Shown here: positions 11,701-18,959 of the stretch, piece by piece
How the letters are laid out: every line of letters starts with the position of its first letter
Numbering within the stretch: position 1 is the stretch's first letter
Assembly: GCA_040900375.1 (NCBI GenBank)
Contig: JBBDZC010000018.1
Coordinates: 567 to 64,566, forward strand
DNA from: Candidatus Anderseniibacteriota bacterium
Lineage (GTDB): Bacteria; Patescibacteriota; Andersenbacteria; UBA10190
Direction of reading: 5' to 3'
Length of the DNA stretch: 64,000 bases
The notes under the pieces: generated by a model
What the model saw: only the letters and a program-made list of their open reading frames with translations
The model's database searches: none
What the model was told of the DNA's origin: nothing
Made by a program: the position numbers and the translations under genes

Positions 11701-12100
11701 TGCTCTCGCTGATCACCATCGGGTCACTATCGCTAATCTTTTGCCTCGTACCACCTACTACTTTGAAGTTACTAATCAAGGCAGTAGAAACTATGTCTTC
11801 GACGCCTACTATACCTTAACCACACCCGCGCAGGATGAGCCAAGTCCACCGACGCCGCTGGCACCACAAGACGCCGTCGTTACTGCCAGCGAGCCGGTAT
11901 CGGTCTATGGTGAACCTGTGCCGACAGCCACCATAATTACAACACTATCTCCCGGCACTCGCCTGCGCGCACTCAATGAGCAGTTGGGGTGGATCTCGGT
12001 ACTATTGCCCAGTGGCCAAGAAGGCTGGCTGCAAGCGGATTATATTCAGTTGCAACTTCATGAGGGGGTGTCGGCTCAGTCTAACCACGATACTCTGTAG
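2702..12100 (+). CDS. Giant modular surface protein/adhesin (Pro-rich linker, Ig/MG-like module, 12 NHL repeats, beta-helical repeats, FN3/Ig domains, C-terminal SH3b)
   Basis: 3132-aa uninterrupted ORF; N-terminal hydrophobic segment; repeated 'PxGxAYDSTNxRLFVxDxxNxRVxVFD'; Thr/Gly-rich solenoid repeats; FN3 'AITWTWTDNATDETGF'; SH3-like 'LNEQLGWISVLLPSGQEGWLQADYI'. Confidence 0.9.
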   Translation: MHPVWSYPFRHARLGRFLVSSLLAFLLSFSPIFPLITWYGIATTLSVIAATLAPTPSLLDDARDKPTPPSSLPVSPTPSPTVAEPLTTTVEHILTEVSEAVPAISLGDETNAPVHSQVVLPELRQQAELIHLPVTVVSAAELLVLPEPDVPATADLTFALKVELPRELVRRQGATAGAAPAIEAAAEAVLETPPLEELPTGSVPPSVAEILTPSPSPSPFDDVRGKPSPTPISSFTPLSELDGEANESFPAEPSPAPFDTPPVPSPSPLVRLWQFLTAHTPTVSAALFPPEEAPATAVAVTVTDPLGEPVTIIPVITEEAGQALVRIPQAPTQFRPGKYHLMVSVVEGDHVLQAEQDFTWGVLALNLNQSTYEPGETASIGMAVLDDAGHTLCDADLTLVITAPSGAVTTLSTAEQSITTSPTCVDQSVTDLPDYATSYTPQELGTYALKLTAVTANGTREMQQFFTVESEAPYIVSRQGSMRIFPLAAYTMKVTVTAAQDFRGKLTETVPGSFALSAATLTRSGTTERGNWSLDIHPDETTKRLVWDNVELSAGQSATLSYTYDAPDISPEFYLLGPLEVISSSGTDNDTPVWLEPRAWQIAADIITNGANAIDALGQYDDNLTTPGPIYTKGTGQDAPNRLGLNAPWSDPALDSVNNRLFVPDSSNNRVLVYNLNADDTLIDRIPDNVLGQANFYTNASATTQAGLSFPTGLAYDSTNQRLFVVDSDNSRVLVFDVTAITDGENAVNVLGQANFTSSGPATTQAGLNFPHKAAYDSTNSRLFVADSGNSRVLVFDVTAITNGENAVNILGKTSFTSSLPATTQSGMSDPIGVAYDSTNSRLFVAEEGNHRVTVFDVTAITDGENAVNVLGQANFTSAGSATTQSGMTSPRGVAYDSTNSRLFVPERGNHRVTVFDVTAITDGENAVNVLGQANFTSSSSATTQAGMSSPRGAAYDATNNLLFVTASGNHRITVYDVTAITDGENAVDALGQYDNSLSAPAPIYTKGSAHNAPNRLGMSVTQGGVIFDSTNDRLFVSDSGNDRVLVYNLNANDTLIDRIPDNVLGQANFYTNTGATTQAGLNTPLGLAYDSTNQRLFVTDASNNRVVIYDVTAITDGENAVNVLGQANFTTATAATTQAGMSSPRGVAYDSANQRLFVGDSTNNRVVVFDVTAITDGENAVNVLGQANFTSSGAATTQAGMNNPQGLAYDSTNSRLFVADSSNNRVTTFDVTAITDGENAANVLGQTSFTVSTAATTQAGMSTPSAAAYDSTNSRLFVSATGNDRVTTYNVASITNGESAVNVLGQANFTSSGEATTQAGMADPHGLAYDSTNSRLYVNDTNNDRIIVHDAADPTITWDGGGTDGTCGGGAGDGNKWSCAANWSGDVVPTSAHIATFDGTSTKNATIDANIDVYGIDINTGYTGTITQATGVTVTVGSGGYDQAAGTFTGSNSAIDINGAWALSGGAFTSTSGALSVSDAFTISGGTFTHNSGTVQFDTTAATITPSTASFNNVSFTSAVTKTIAASNTITIVGTLTLTDGSVSQTTIPATGSIAAQGDITQASTFDGGTGRLEITGTATQTFTGNATTTAGNLPDTEIDKSGGTLTLTGTIRTIGQGAGAWTYTTGTLDAGTSTVVMNGAMTITGSHTLNNVSLLTSGTRTIANNNTLTVTGTLTLTDGSINQTTIPATGSIAAQGNITQASTFDGGTGRLEITGSAAQTFTGNATTSAGNLPDLEIDKSAETLTLTGTIRTTGQGADAWTYTTGTLAAGTSTVVMDGAMTITGSHTLNNVSLLTSGTRTVASGTTLTIVGTLTLTDGQINTGTVAAQGNITQGSAFDGGTGRLEITGTATQTFTGNATTTAGSLSRVEINKSGGTLTLAGTIRTSGQGPDAWTYTAGTVAPGTSTVVFDGGTTVTGTQTFNNLVVQGFMTVADGNTLTVTGTLTLTSGTIVQTTIPATGSIAAQGDITQASTFGGGTGRLEITGSANQTFTGSAADSTGLLPNLEIDKSGGTLTFTGTIRTAVDWTYTAGTLDATTNDSTVIFGGASTINITGSHTLDNVTFGDNFQVIVNIADNTTLTIAGTLAHTKAQINQTTVPAAGSLAAQGDVTVGSAAPGGTAALTFSGGNAQTYTDNGGTKTTGTVTVNKTAGSAVTLATAMSYTGTGQDLTITSGTLDLAGFNLTIADVLTVNGGTLTGETGAVDVNGSVVLSSGTLTAPSGAFTVAGDFTHSSGTFTHNSGTLTLDGPDQTLAGATTFHNLTKTVATARTLTFPTGSANKQTIVGTLTLQGASGALLSLRSASTGTQWQFDPQGTRTLSFLDVQDSHNTNSTSIATAGFNITDSGNNTGWSFNPEPPSNFAGTAISGTAITWTWTDNATDETGFKLLDASDTVIATINTANATSYTETGLAAGTDYSRKLIAFNGAGESAATSTVTVTTLTSPPTAPELRSPSNEALLNTNLPTFSWNKSTDNDDGMATYTLTLGSLVLSGIPASGSSASDPGSKTHVATSYTAQYFNENDGNPDNDYIALTLKDSERADIPLTDGEHSWFVTAHDTAGNTTTSASRSFTVDTQAPTIGSISFSPPALLRSGTYRLQSGSLAVTIPLTDTQALQEATVTFAQARTLFGLITSYTTLQSSTYALSGTARTIIFAPREALTAGETYRINITVTDTAGNRRLQDLTLVVLTPEEAAREAVIELDAETTPIDIIIEKLREALPDAPLSLPDLQASALLRRDLQAEHFTAFWQGLLGNRLIAWVLDHLGGFPRALLATIDITQSLWERLLALAIRIAVAAGTMIRDTSLALVHGVVASVDRVALETTTAQRIVRLQTARGLAQLGALLAQLTPTLGEPLQQVGESLALSPDIGMEYREERLTTQAQVSRINTQLQAVGSFFRAGWETGRETRVRTGLKNRQELTQGTERLLGPVGRLTKTLALKTRATYELWLDTTPTHISNVRVTKLTPTSATLEWDTNHLVRSTKVNYGTTTNYNQEVIIDALADHHRVTIANLLPRTTYYFEVTNQGSRNYVFDAYYTLTTPAQDEPSPPTPLAPQDAVVTASEPVSVYGEPVPTATIITTLSPGTRLRALNEQLGWISVLLPSGQEGWLQADYIQLQLHEGVSAQSNHDTL
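4519..6750 (+). repeat. 12 intragenic NHL-type repeats (~180 bp / 60 aa), two sets of six
   Basis: Recurring DNA such as 'gcgattaccgatggcgagaatgcggtgaatgtattgggccaagcgaattt'; each set of six starts with a 'DALGQYDxxLxxPxPIYTKG...APNRLG' cap. Boundaries approximate. Confidence 0.85.
7210..9100 (+). repeat. About 4.5 intragenic ~405-420-bp (~135-140 aa) beta-helical repeats
   Basis: Recurring 'GTLTLTDG..QTTIPATGSIAAQGDITQASTFDGGTGRLEITG..QTFTGNA...EIDKSGGTLTLTGTIRT...WTYTxGT'. Boundaries approximate. Confidence 0.8.
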
Positions 12101-12157
12101 CCCTAGTAAACGATTATTAGTTACCTGTTGTGGTGAAGATAGGTATACTGGAAAGCT

Positions 12158-15100
12158 ATGGGCGATTTTACCCACCTCCATGTTCATTCTCACTATTCCC
12201 TACTCGATGGTTTAGGTAAGATTCGGCCCATGCTGGAACGGGCCAAGGAACTCGGCATGGATTCTATGGCCTTGACTGATCATGGCGCGATGTACGGCGT
12301 GATTGAGTTTATGCAAACAGCCAAAGAACTTGGCATTAAGCCAATCATCGGTGTGGAAACCTACCTGGCGCCGAAGGGACATACGAAAAAGCGCGGCAAA
12401 ATAGATAGCAACCCGCGGCACCTGACGCTCTTGGCACAGAATCTCCAGGGTTATAAAAACATGATCAAGCTGGTGACGACTGCCCACCTACATGGCTACT
12501 ACTATCGGCCGCGGATTGATTATGATTTACTCGAGCAACATAGCGAGGGCTTACTAGTGCTCTCGGGATGCTTGAATGGTGACATTGCTCATGCTATTGC
12601 AGAAAAGCGCGACGATGACGCGCGGCAGCTTATTGCCTGGCATATTAATATTTTTGGCAAAGAGCGTTTTTACCTGGAAGTGCAGGACCACCCCAGCCTC
12701 AAGGAACAGCAGATACTCAATGAAGCGTTGATCAACTACAGCCGCGAGTATGATCTACACTTAGTGGCGACGGCTGATTCGCACTACATTCATGCGGATG
12801 ACGCGGAAGCCCAGGATGTTTTAATCTGTGTGCAGACAGGTAAACAAGTTCAGGACAAAGACCGGCTCTGTATGCTGGGAGAAGACTTCTCCTTAAAATC
12901 ACCGGCAGACTTAAAAGAAGCATGGAAAGAATACCCGGATGCGATTGAGAGCACACAGCGAATTGCCGAGTTATGCCAGGTTGATCTCGAATTTGGGGTT
13001 AATCATTTACCCCACTACCCTGTTCCGGCGGGCCAAACACCTGATGATGTGCTCAAGACTCTTTGCGTACAGGGCCTCGCCACGCGTTACCACAAGGAGC
13101 CGCCGGCGGGCGCTCCGGCCAGGCTTGACTATGAATTAGAAGTGATTAAGAAGACAGGCTTTGCTTCTTACTTTTTAATCGTGGCTGACTTTGTTAATGA
13201 GGCCAAGCGCCGCGGCATTCTTGTCGGACCCGGACGAGGGAGTGCGGCTGGCAGTATTGTCTCGTATCTCACTAATATTACGAACATTGATCCGCTGCAC
13301 TACAATTTACTCTTTGAGCGATTCTTAAACCCCGAGCGGGTCTCCATGCCAGATATTGACCTCGATTTTGCCGATGACCGCCGCGATGAAGTGATTGCCT
13401 ATGTCCGGGAAAAATATGGCCAGGAACATGTCGCCCAAATTATTACCTTCGGGACCATGGCCGCGCGCGCGGCCGTGCGTGATGCGGGACGGGCTTTGGG
13501 TTTTCCCTACTCGTTTTGTGATCGCATCGCTAAAGCCATCCCGCTCATGACAAACTTTGCCGAGGCCTTAGAGGAATCAAGTGAGTTGCGCGAGATTTAT
13601 AATGGAGATCCGCAAGCCAAGAAGCTTATTGATACTGCCCGTAAGCTTGAGGGAGTATGCCGCCACGCTTCGACCCACGCGGCAGGTGTGGTCATTACCC
13701 AAGAACCACTCACGGATCACGTGCCGCTGCAACTAGCGAGCACGAGCAGTGGTACGCAAGATACTGTGACGCAATACGCGATGGGTGCAGTGGAAGCTCT
13801 GGGACTGCTTAAGATGGACTTCCTGGGTCTTAAGAATTTGACCATCATTCAAAATACACTTAGCCGCATCCGGACTCGTTTCAATACCGAGGTGGATATT
13901 GATCATCTACCGCTCGCTGATCAAAAAACCTACCAGTTACTCCAAGAAGGCAAATCCACGGGTGTTTTTCAGCTTGAGTCTTCGGGGATGAAGCGCTATC
14001 TCAAAGAACTCAAACCGACGGAATTTGAAGATATTATTTCCATGGTGGCGCTCTATCGGCCGGGACCCATGGATTCTATTCCTGATTTTATTGCGGCCAA
14101 ACATGGTCAGAAGAAAATTACCTACCTCCATCCCCTGTTAGAGCCCATTTTAGAAAAAACCTATGGGGTGATCGTGACGCAAGATCAGGTGCTGCAAATC
14201 GCGCGAGAGTTGGCGGGCTTTACCTACGCGGAAGCCGATATTCTCCGCAAAGCTGTGGGCAAGAAGATTAAGATCTTACTTGATGAGCAACGAGAAAAGT
14301 TTATCAAGGGCGCTATCACTGCCAAAAAAATTGATAAAAAAACTGCCAGGCAAGTATGGGACTTTATTGAGCCTTTTGCGCGATATGGCTTTAATCGAGC
14401 TCATGCCGCCTGCTACGCCATGATCGCCTTTCAAACAGCATATTTAAAAGCTCACTACCCGGCAGAATTTATGGCGGCTCTCTTAACCAGCGATGAGGGT
14501 AACATTGACCGCGCCGCGATTGAAGTGGCGGAAGCAATTAGCATGGGACTAAAAATACTGCCGCCCGATATTAATGAGAGCGGTCAGAATTTCACGGTCG
14601 TGCAAACTGCGGAAGGCGCTGAGGCGATTCGTTTTGGGTTGGGCGCCATTAAAAATGTTGGTCACAACATTGTCTCGGCGCTTATCGCGGAGCGTGATAA
14701 GGCTGGTGAATTCAAAGACCTGGCCGATGTTTTTAGTCGGATTGACTCTAAAGATTTTAATAAGAAGTCCGTCGAAAGTTTAGCCCAAGCCGGGGCGTTT
14801 GACTGTGTGGCAGAGCGTAACGAAGTCTTGCACAACATGGAAAAATTACTCTTGTTCAACCGCACGCTCCACAGTAAAAAAGATTTGGGGCAAAAAGGCC
14901 TCTTTGCAGGAGCACTGGCCAATGCCGCGCCGCCTCGCTTACAACTCGATTCCTTCTCCCCCGCTACGCAAGCAGAGCGACTGCAATGGGAAAAAGAGTT
15001 GCTGGGCATGTATGTGTCAGCGCATCCGTTAAGCGAATTCCATAATCAGCTGCAAAAGATTACTGTTCCCTTAAGTGATTTGACCGATTACCATGCCCAG

Positions 15101-15649
15101 CAAGCGGTGCGCGTGGCCGGAGTGATTACCCGAATCAATAAAATTATCACCAAAAGCCAAAAGCCAATGTTGTTTGTCACTCTCGAGGATATGACAAGCA
15201 AAGCAGAGGTGCTCGTATTTCCTAAGCTGCTCGCACAAACATCTAACTTTTGGACGGATGGCGGGGTCATTATTTGTGAAGGAAAGATGAGCGATAAAGA
15301 AGGCGAGGTTAAAATCCTGGCTGATAAAGTCTGGGGGCTTACGCCCGATGTGATTGCCACGTTTACTAAGGCACCCATCCCACAAGAATCCCAGCGCTCG
15401 TTGGCTTCACTCACGGCCGCCCGGACAATCTTAATCCAACTCCCGCCGCAGACGACAAGTGAGCTGCTGCACCAATTGCGAGAACTCCTCGCTCAATATC
15501 ACCATGCAGATGGAGTGCCCGTAGAGCTCCTTATCCCCCGCCAAGCCAGTGTAGTCCGAGTGCAAACATCATTTCGTCTCCAGCGAGATGAAGCTGTCAC
15601 AAATCTAATCAAAGGCCTCATGGGCAGCCGCGCCGTTCGCTATCAGTGA
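12158..15649 (+). CDS. dnaE: DNA polymerase III subunit alpha
   Basis: PHP 'HLHVHSHYSLLDG', 'GPGRGSAAGS', 'FERFLNPERVSMPDIDLDF', C-terminal OB fold. Confidence 0.98.
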   Translation: MGDFTHLHVHSHYSLLDGLGKIRPMLERAKELGMDSMALTDHGAMYGVIEFMQTAKELGIKPIIGVETYLAPKGHTKKRGKIDSNPRHLTLLAQNLQGYKNMIKLVTTAHLHGYYYRPRIDYDLLEQHSEGLLVLSGCLNGDIAHAIAEKRDDDARQLIAWHINIFGKERFYLEVQDHPSLKEQQILNEALINYSREYDLHLVATADSHYIHADDAEAQDVLICVQTGKQVQDKDRLCMLGEDFSLKSPADLKEAWKEYPDAIESTQRIAELCQVDLEFGVNHLPHYPVPAGQTPDDVLKTLCVQGLATRYHKEPPAGAPARLDYELEVIKKTGFASYFLIVADFVNEAKRRGILVGPGRGSAAGSIVSYLTNITNIDPLHYNLLFERFLNPERVSMPDIDLDFADDRRDEVIAYVREKYGQEHVAQIITFGTMAARAAVRDAGRALGFPYSFCDRIAKAIPLMTNFAEALEESSELREIYNGDPQAKKLIDTARKLEGVCRHASTHAAGVVITQEPLTDHVPLQLASTSSGTQDTVTQYAMGAVEALGLLKMDFLGLKNLTIIQNTLSRIRTRFNTEVDIDHLPLADQKTYQLLQEGKSTGVFQLESSGMKRYLKELKPTEFEDIISMVALYRPGPMDSIPDFIAAKHGQKKITYLHPLLEPILEKTYGVIVTQDQVLQIARELAGFTYAEADILRKAVGKKIKILLDEQREKFIKGAITAKKIDKKTARQVWDFIEPFARYGFNRAHAACYAMIAFQTAYLKAHYPAEFMAALLTSDEGNIDRAAIEVAEAISMGLKILPPDINESGQNFTVVQTAEGAEAIRFGLGAIKNVGHNIVSALIAERDKAGEFKDLADVFSRIDSKDFNKKSVESLAQAGAFDCVAERNEVLHNMEKLLLFNRTLHSKKDLGQKGLFAGALANAAPPRLQLDSFSPATQAERLQWEKELLGMYVSAHPLSEFHNQLQKITVPLSDLTDYHAQQAVRVAGVITRINKIITKSQKPMLFVTLEDMTSKAEVLVFPKLLAQTSNFWTDGGVIICEGKMSDKEGEVKILADKVWGLTPDVIATFTKAPIPQESQRSLASLTAARTILIQLPPQTTSELLHQLRELLAQYHHADGVPVELLIPRQASVVRVQTSFRLQRDEAVTNLIKGLMGSRAVRYQ

Positions 15650-15682
15650 GGCAAGTTGGTCCGCTCAACGCGTCACCCGCTG

Positions 15683-16822
15683 TTAATTTATACTCCCGAC
15701 TACAATTTCTGTGGCCTCGGGACGAGCGGGAACACTCTTCACCCAAAAAGGTGAGAATTGCACTTCCACTGACTCAACGCTCGGAAACTGTTGAAAATAC
15801 TCTTGCACCTCGGCGGCACTCCGACCGGCAAGGTTATCAGCGGAAAATAATGCTGGCCCCGCCTTACTGGCAAAGACGCCCGTTAGTGTTCCTTTAACAC
15901 GCGCTTCTCCCCGGGTAAAATCACTGCGCGTAATACTGACAGTAAATGATTCGGGTTTATACGACATAAATTCTTCATCGGGTTTTGGGGCCGAGCGCAG
16001 GGCGAGAAGAGTTAAACTCAACAGGTCGTTGTCATCAGGAAAAAAGCCGCGGGCTTTGATTTTTTTCTGCACAGTAAATTCAGTTGTTTTACTGCCGGCG
16101 GCGGCGGAAACACTCTCCTCCACTGTGGTCATAGTGACTAAATCTGGTCGGGTAAGCGCCCCCCCGGCCGCCGCCGTGAGTTCGCCCTCAATCCGCCCAC
16201 GCGCTTGTTTATCAACTTCTTCTTTGGCTCTGCTTATTTCTTCTTCGGTGAGCGGTGTCTCACCACTGACCCCACCACTGAAAGTAGTAGAGCTCTCGGC
16301 ATAGACGACCTTTTGCGCACTAGCGGGTAGCTTATCAATGATAAAGGTGCCGGGTGTGACGTTGCCGGGCAGTCCTTTTTCTTTCGCGGTCACGGCAACT
16401 GATACTTCCCCCAAGGGCGGAACAACCACAGCAGCATCAGTGAGAAAAAAGATGCCGGTGCCTTCGTGGCGTAAATGGGACTTTGGCAGCAGCCGCTGTT
16501 CTTCTGCCTGCTTATTAATTATTTTCACTGTGCCCCGCGCTAAGTCTTCAAATGTCTTTTGGCCCTCGCGCTTAAAAGTCTTAGTTTCCGTGACTTCCTT
16601 CTCCAGTAATTTGGCCGGCAAGATATAGCGGACAAAATCAGGTTCGTGACTAGTTTGCGACAAGGTAATTTCTTGCGTTACTTCCCGTTCATAGGTAGCG
16701 GGACGAACAATGATTGTTGCTTGCGGTAGGCGGGTATACGCCATACTAGCAAAAATCAGGCCAAGCAAAATTCCCGCGCTGGCGACTAGCGCCCGGCGAG
16801 GTATAGCAACGTGTGCAGGCAT
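15683..16822 (-). CDS. Membrane-anchored baseplate J/gp47-like domain protein (CPR-type orphan)
   Basis: N-terminal TM helix then 'LPQATIIVRP', 'ARGTVKIIN...Q.LLP.SHL', 'VTAKEKGLPGNV', 'FSGG', C-terminal 'VEVQFSPFWVKSVP'; pattern recognised from CPR baseplate-J-like proteins. Confidence 0.7.
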   Translation of the reverse strand: MPAHVAIPRRALVASAGILLGLIFASMAYTRLPQATIIVRPATYEREVTQEITLSQTSHEPDFVRYILPAKLLEKEVTETKTFKREGQKTFEDLARGTVKIINKQAEEQRLLPKSHLRHEGTGIFFLTDAAVVVPPLGEVSVAVTAKEKGLPGNVTPGTFIIDKLPASAQKVVYAESSTTFSGGVSGETPLTEEEISRAKEEVDKQARGRIEGELTAAAGGALTRPDLVTMTTVEESVSAAAGSKTTEFTVQKKIKARGFFPDDNDLLSLTLLALRSAPKPDEEFMSYKPESFTVSITRSDFTRGEARVKGTLTGVFASKAGPALFSADNLAGRSAAEVQEYFQQFPSVESVEVQFSPFWVKSVPARPEATEIVVGSIN

Positions 16823-17103
16823 ACCCCGTAGAGCTACCTCGATGCGTCCCGTTTGGACGGCATGGCAGCAAGTGAGAGTGGTGGCTGACGAGTAAGGCTG
16901 TTGGTTATTGTATCCATGGGTTTACACTACGAGCGCGTGATCGAGGTGATTCTACGGGGCATACCCCGTAGAGCTACCTCGATGCGTCCCGCTTAGACGG
17001 GACGGCAGCAAGGAAAAGCTGTGGTTTACCCATACGGCTGGTGGGAAGGTAGACATGGACTTTTTAGGACGAATGGGTGATCGAGGTGATTCTACGGGGC
17101 ATA
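16820..17103. mobile_element. Two tandem 136-bp MITE-like elements (16824-16959, 16964-17099) with 20-bp imperfect terminal inverted repeats, flanked and separated by CATA (TATG on - strand)
   Basis: Each unit begins ccccgtagagctacctcgat and ends atcgaggtgattctacgggg; CATA at 16820-16823, 16960-16963, 17100-17103; period exactly 140 bp; 36/136 ungapped mismatches, all internal. Confidence 0.8.
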
Positions 17104-17204
17104 AATACACTATTTGAGTATTCAGTTACCATACCAATCTACCCAAGATAAGACAAGGAGCCCCCACAGCGTGACTAGCTTGCCTGTGTTACCATACAGG
17201 GGTT

Positions 17205-18953
17205 ATGCGAAAAAAAATCTCGCCCGATCTTGATCTTGCAACCATGCGCCATACGGCCGCCCACGTCTTGGCCGCCGCTTCTACTAAGTTGCGTCCAGAA
17301 ACAAAGCTAGGGGTTGGACCAGCGATTGATGACGGTTTTTATCATGATCTTGAAGTTAATCCTAACTACACCGAGGAAGATTTAGCTGTATTGCAGGCGA
17401 AAATGGAAGAAATTAAAGAGATGGACTTGCCAATTACCCAGCGCGAGGTAAGCCGCGCCGAGGCTCGTGAGCTGTTTGCGCACGATCCTTATAAACTAGA
17501 GCTAATTGAGGAAGTGGCAGGTGAGACAGTCGGTGTATCGGATATGGGAGAAGGCTTCTTCATCACGCTCTGCAAGGGTGGCCATGTATCTTCAACCGGT
17601 CAGATTGGGGCTTTTAAGCTCACGCGTCTGGCCGGAGTTTATTGGAAGGGAGATACTACCCGGCCACAGCTGCAACGGATTTATGGCCTGGCCTTCCCGA
17701 CACCGGCCGAGCTGGAAGCGCATCTGACCTTGCTGGCAGAGGCGAAAAAACGTGACCACCGCAAACTAGGCCGAGAGTTGGATCTCTTTACCTTCTCCCC
17801 GCTTGTCGGACCGGGGCTGCCGCTCTTTACACCTCGCGGCACCATTATCCGCCGCGAACTGGAGACCTTTCTGCAGTCGCTGCAGGAACCGCACGGCTAT
17901 CAACGAGTTATTATTCCCCATATTACTAAAGCAGATCTGTATAAAACCTCGGGGCACTGGGAAAAATTCCAAGCCGATCTTTTTCACGTGCAGGGCCAGA
18001 GTGAAGAGTCGCTGGTGCTTAAGCCAATGAATTGCCCCCACCATACCCAGATTTATGCGGCGCGGCCGCGCAGCTACCGCGATCTGCCGCTCCGTTTGTC
18101 AGAAGTTACCACGGTGTATCGTGATGAGCAGGCGGGCGAGCTGCAAGGCCTAACCCGCGTGCGATCCATCACCCAAGATGATGCTCATGTGTTTTGTCGC
18201 AGCGATCAAATTGCGGCGGAGGCGGTTATTATCATGCAAATTGTAGAAGAGTTTTATGCCGTGTTTGATTTCACGCTGCGCGTTCGTCTCTCGTTGCGCG
18301 ACCCCGCTAAACCTGATAAGTACTTGGGTTCAGAGGCTACCTGGCAACAGGCAGAAGCAAGCTTACGCACCCTACTCGAAGAGAAAAAGGTAGAATTTGT
18401 GGAGCAAAAGGGCGAGGCGGCTTTTTATGGGCCGAAGATTGATTTTATTGCTCGTGATTCCCTTGGCCGAGACTGGCAACTAGCCACGATCCAGCTTGAC
18501 TTTAATATGCCGGTGCGTTTTGCCCTCACCTACACTGACACTACTGGCCAGGAACAGACGCCAGTGATGATTCACCGAGCAATCTTAGGTTCATTTGAAC
18601 GCTTCATGGCAATTCTACTGGAACACTACGCTGGTACCCTCCCCCTCTGGTTGGCACCAACCCAGGTGGCACTTTTACCCATCGCCGACGCCCAGCACGA
18701 ATATGCCCGCCAAGTCGCTCAAGAACTGGCAGGCAGTGGCTTACGAGTCGAAACCGATGAACGGGCGATCAGTTTGGCCAAGAAAATTCGGGAAGCGCAA
18801 CAAAAAAAGGTACCCGTGATGCTCATTATGGGTAAAAAAGAATTAGCTGATACGACTATCGCGGTGCGTTTACTAAACCAGGGTGATCAAGGCCAAGCCT
18901 CCTTGCCCGAGCTGATACACGAACTTACCCAAAAAATTCGTGAGCGGAAGTGA
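17205..18953 (+). CDS. thrS: Threonine--tRNA ligase (lacking N-terminal TGS domain)
   Basis: 'RHTAAHVLA', 'RDHRKLG', 'KPMNCPHH', 'GEAAFYGPKID', 'HRAILGSFERF'. Confidence 0.98.
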   Translation: MRKKISPDLDLATMRHTAAHVLAAASTKLRPETKLGVGPAIDDGFYHDLEVNPNYTEEDLAVLQAKMEEIKEMDLPITQREVSRAEARELFAHDPYKLELIEEVAGETVGVSDMGEGFFITLCKGGHVSSTGQIGAFKLTRLAGVYWKGDTTRPQLQRIYGLAFPTPAELEAHLTLLAEAKKRDHRKLGRELDLFTFSPLVGPGLPLFTPRGTIIRRELETFLQSLQEPHGYQRVIIPHITKADLYKTSGHWEKFQADLFHVQGQSEESLVLKPMNCPHHTQIYAARPRSYRDLPLRLSEVTTVYRDEQAGELQGLTRVRSITQDDAHVFCRSDQIAAEAVIIMQIVEEFYAVFDFTLRVRLSLRDPAKPDKYLGSEATWQQAEASLRTLLEEKKVEFVEQKGEAAFYGPKIDFIARDSLGRDWQLATIQLDFNMPVRFALTYTDTTGQEQTPVMIHRAILGSFERFMAILLEHYAGTLPLWLAPTQVALLPIADAQHEYARQVAQELAGSGLRVETDERAISLAKKIREAQQKKVPVMLIMGKKELADTTIAVRLLNQGDQGQASLPELIHELTQKIRERK

Positions 18954-18959
18954 CGGCGG

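Noticed and set aside
15683-16822. Prophage or tailocin
   Set aside because: Single gene flanked by housekeeping genes; no other phage genes.
16820-17103. CRISPR array
   Set aside because: Only two units; the interiors are homologous to each other and far longer than spacers; no cas genes in the window.
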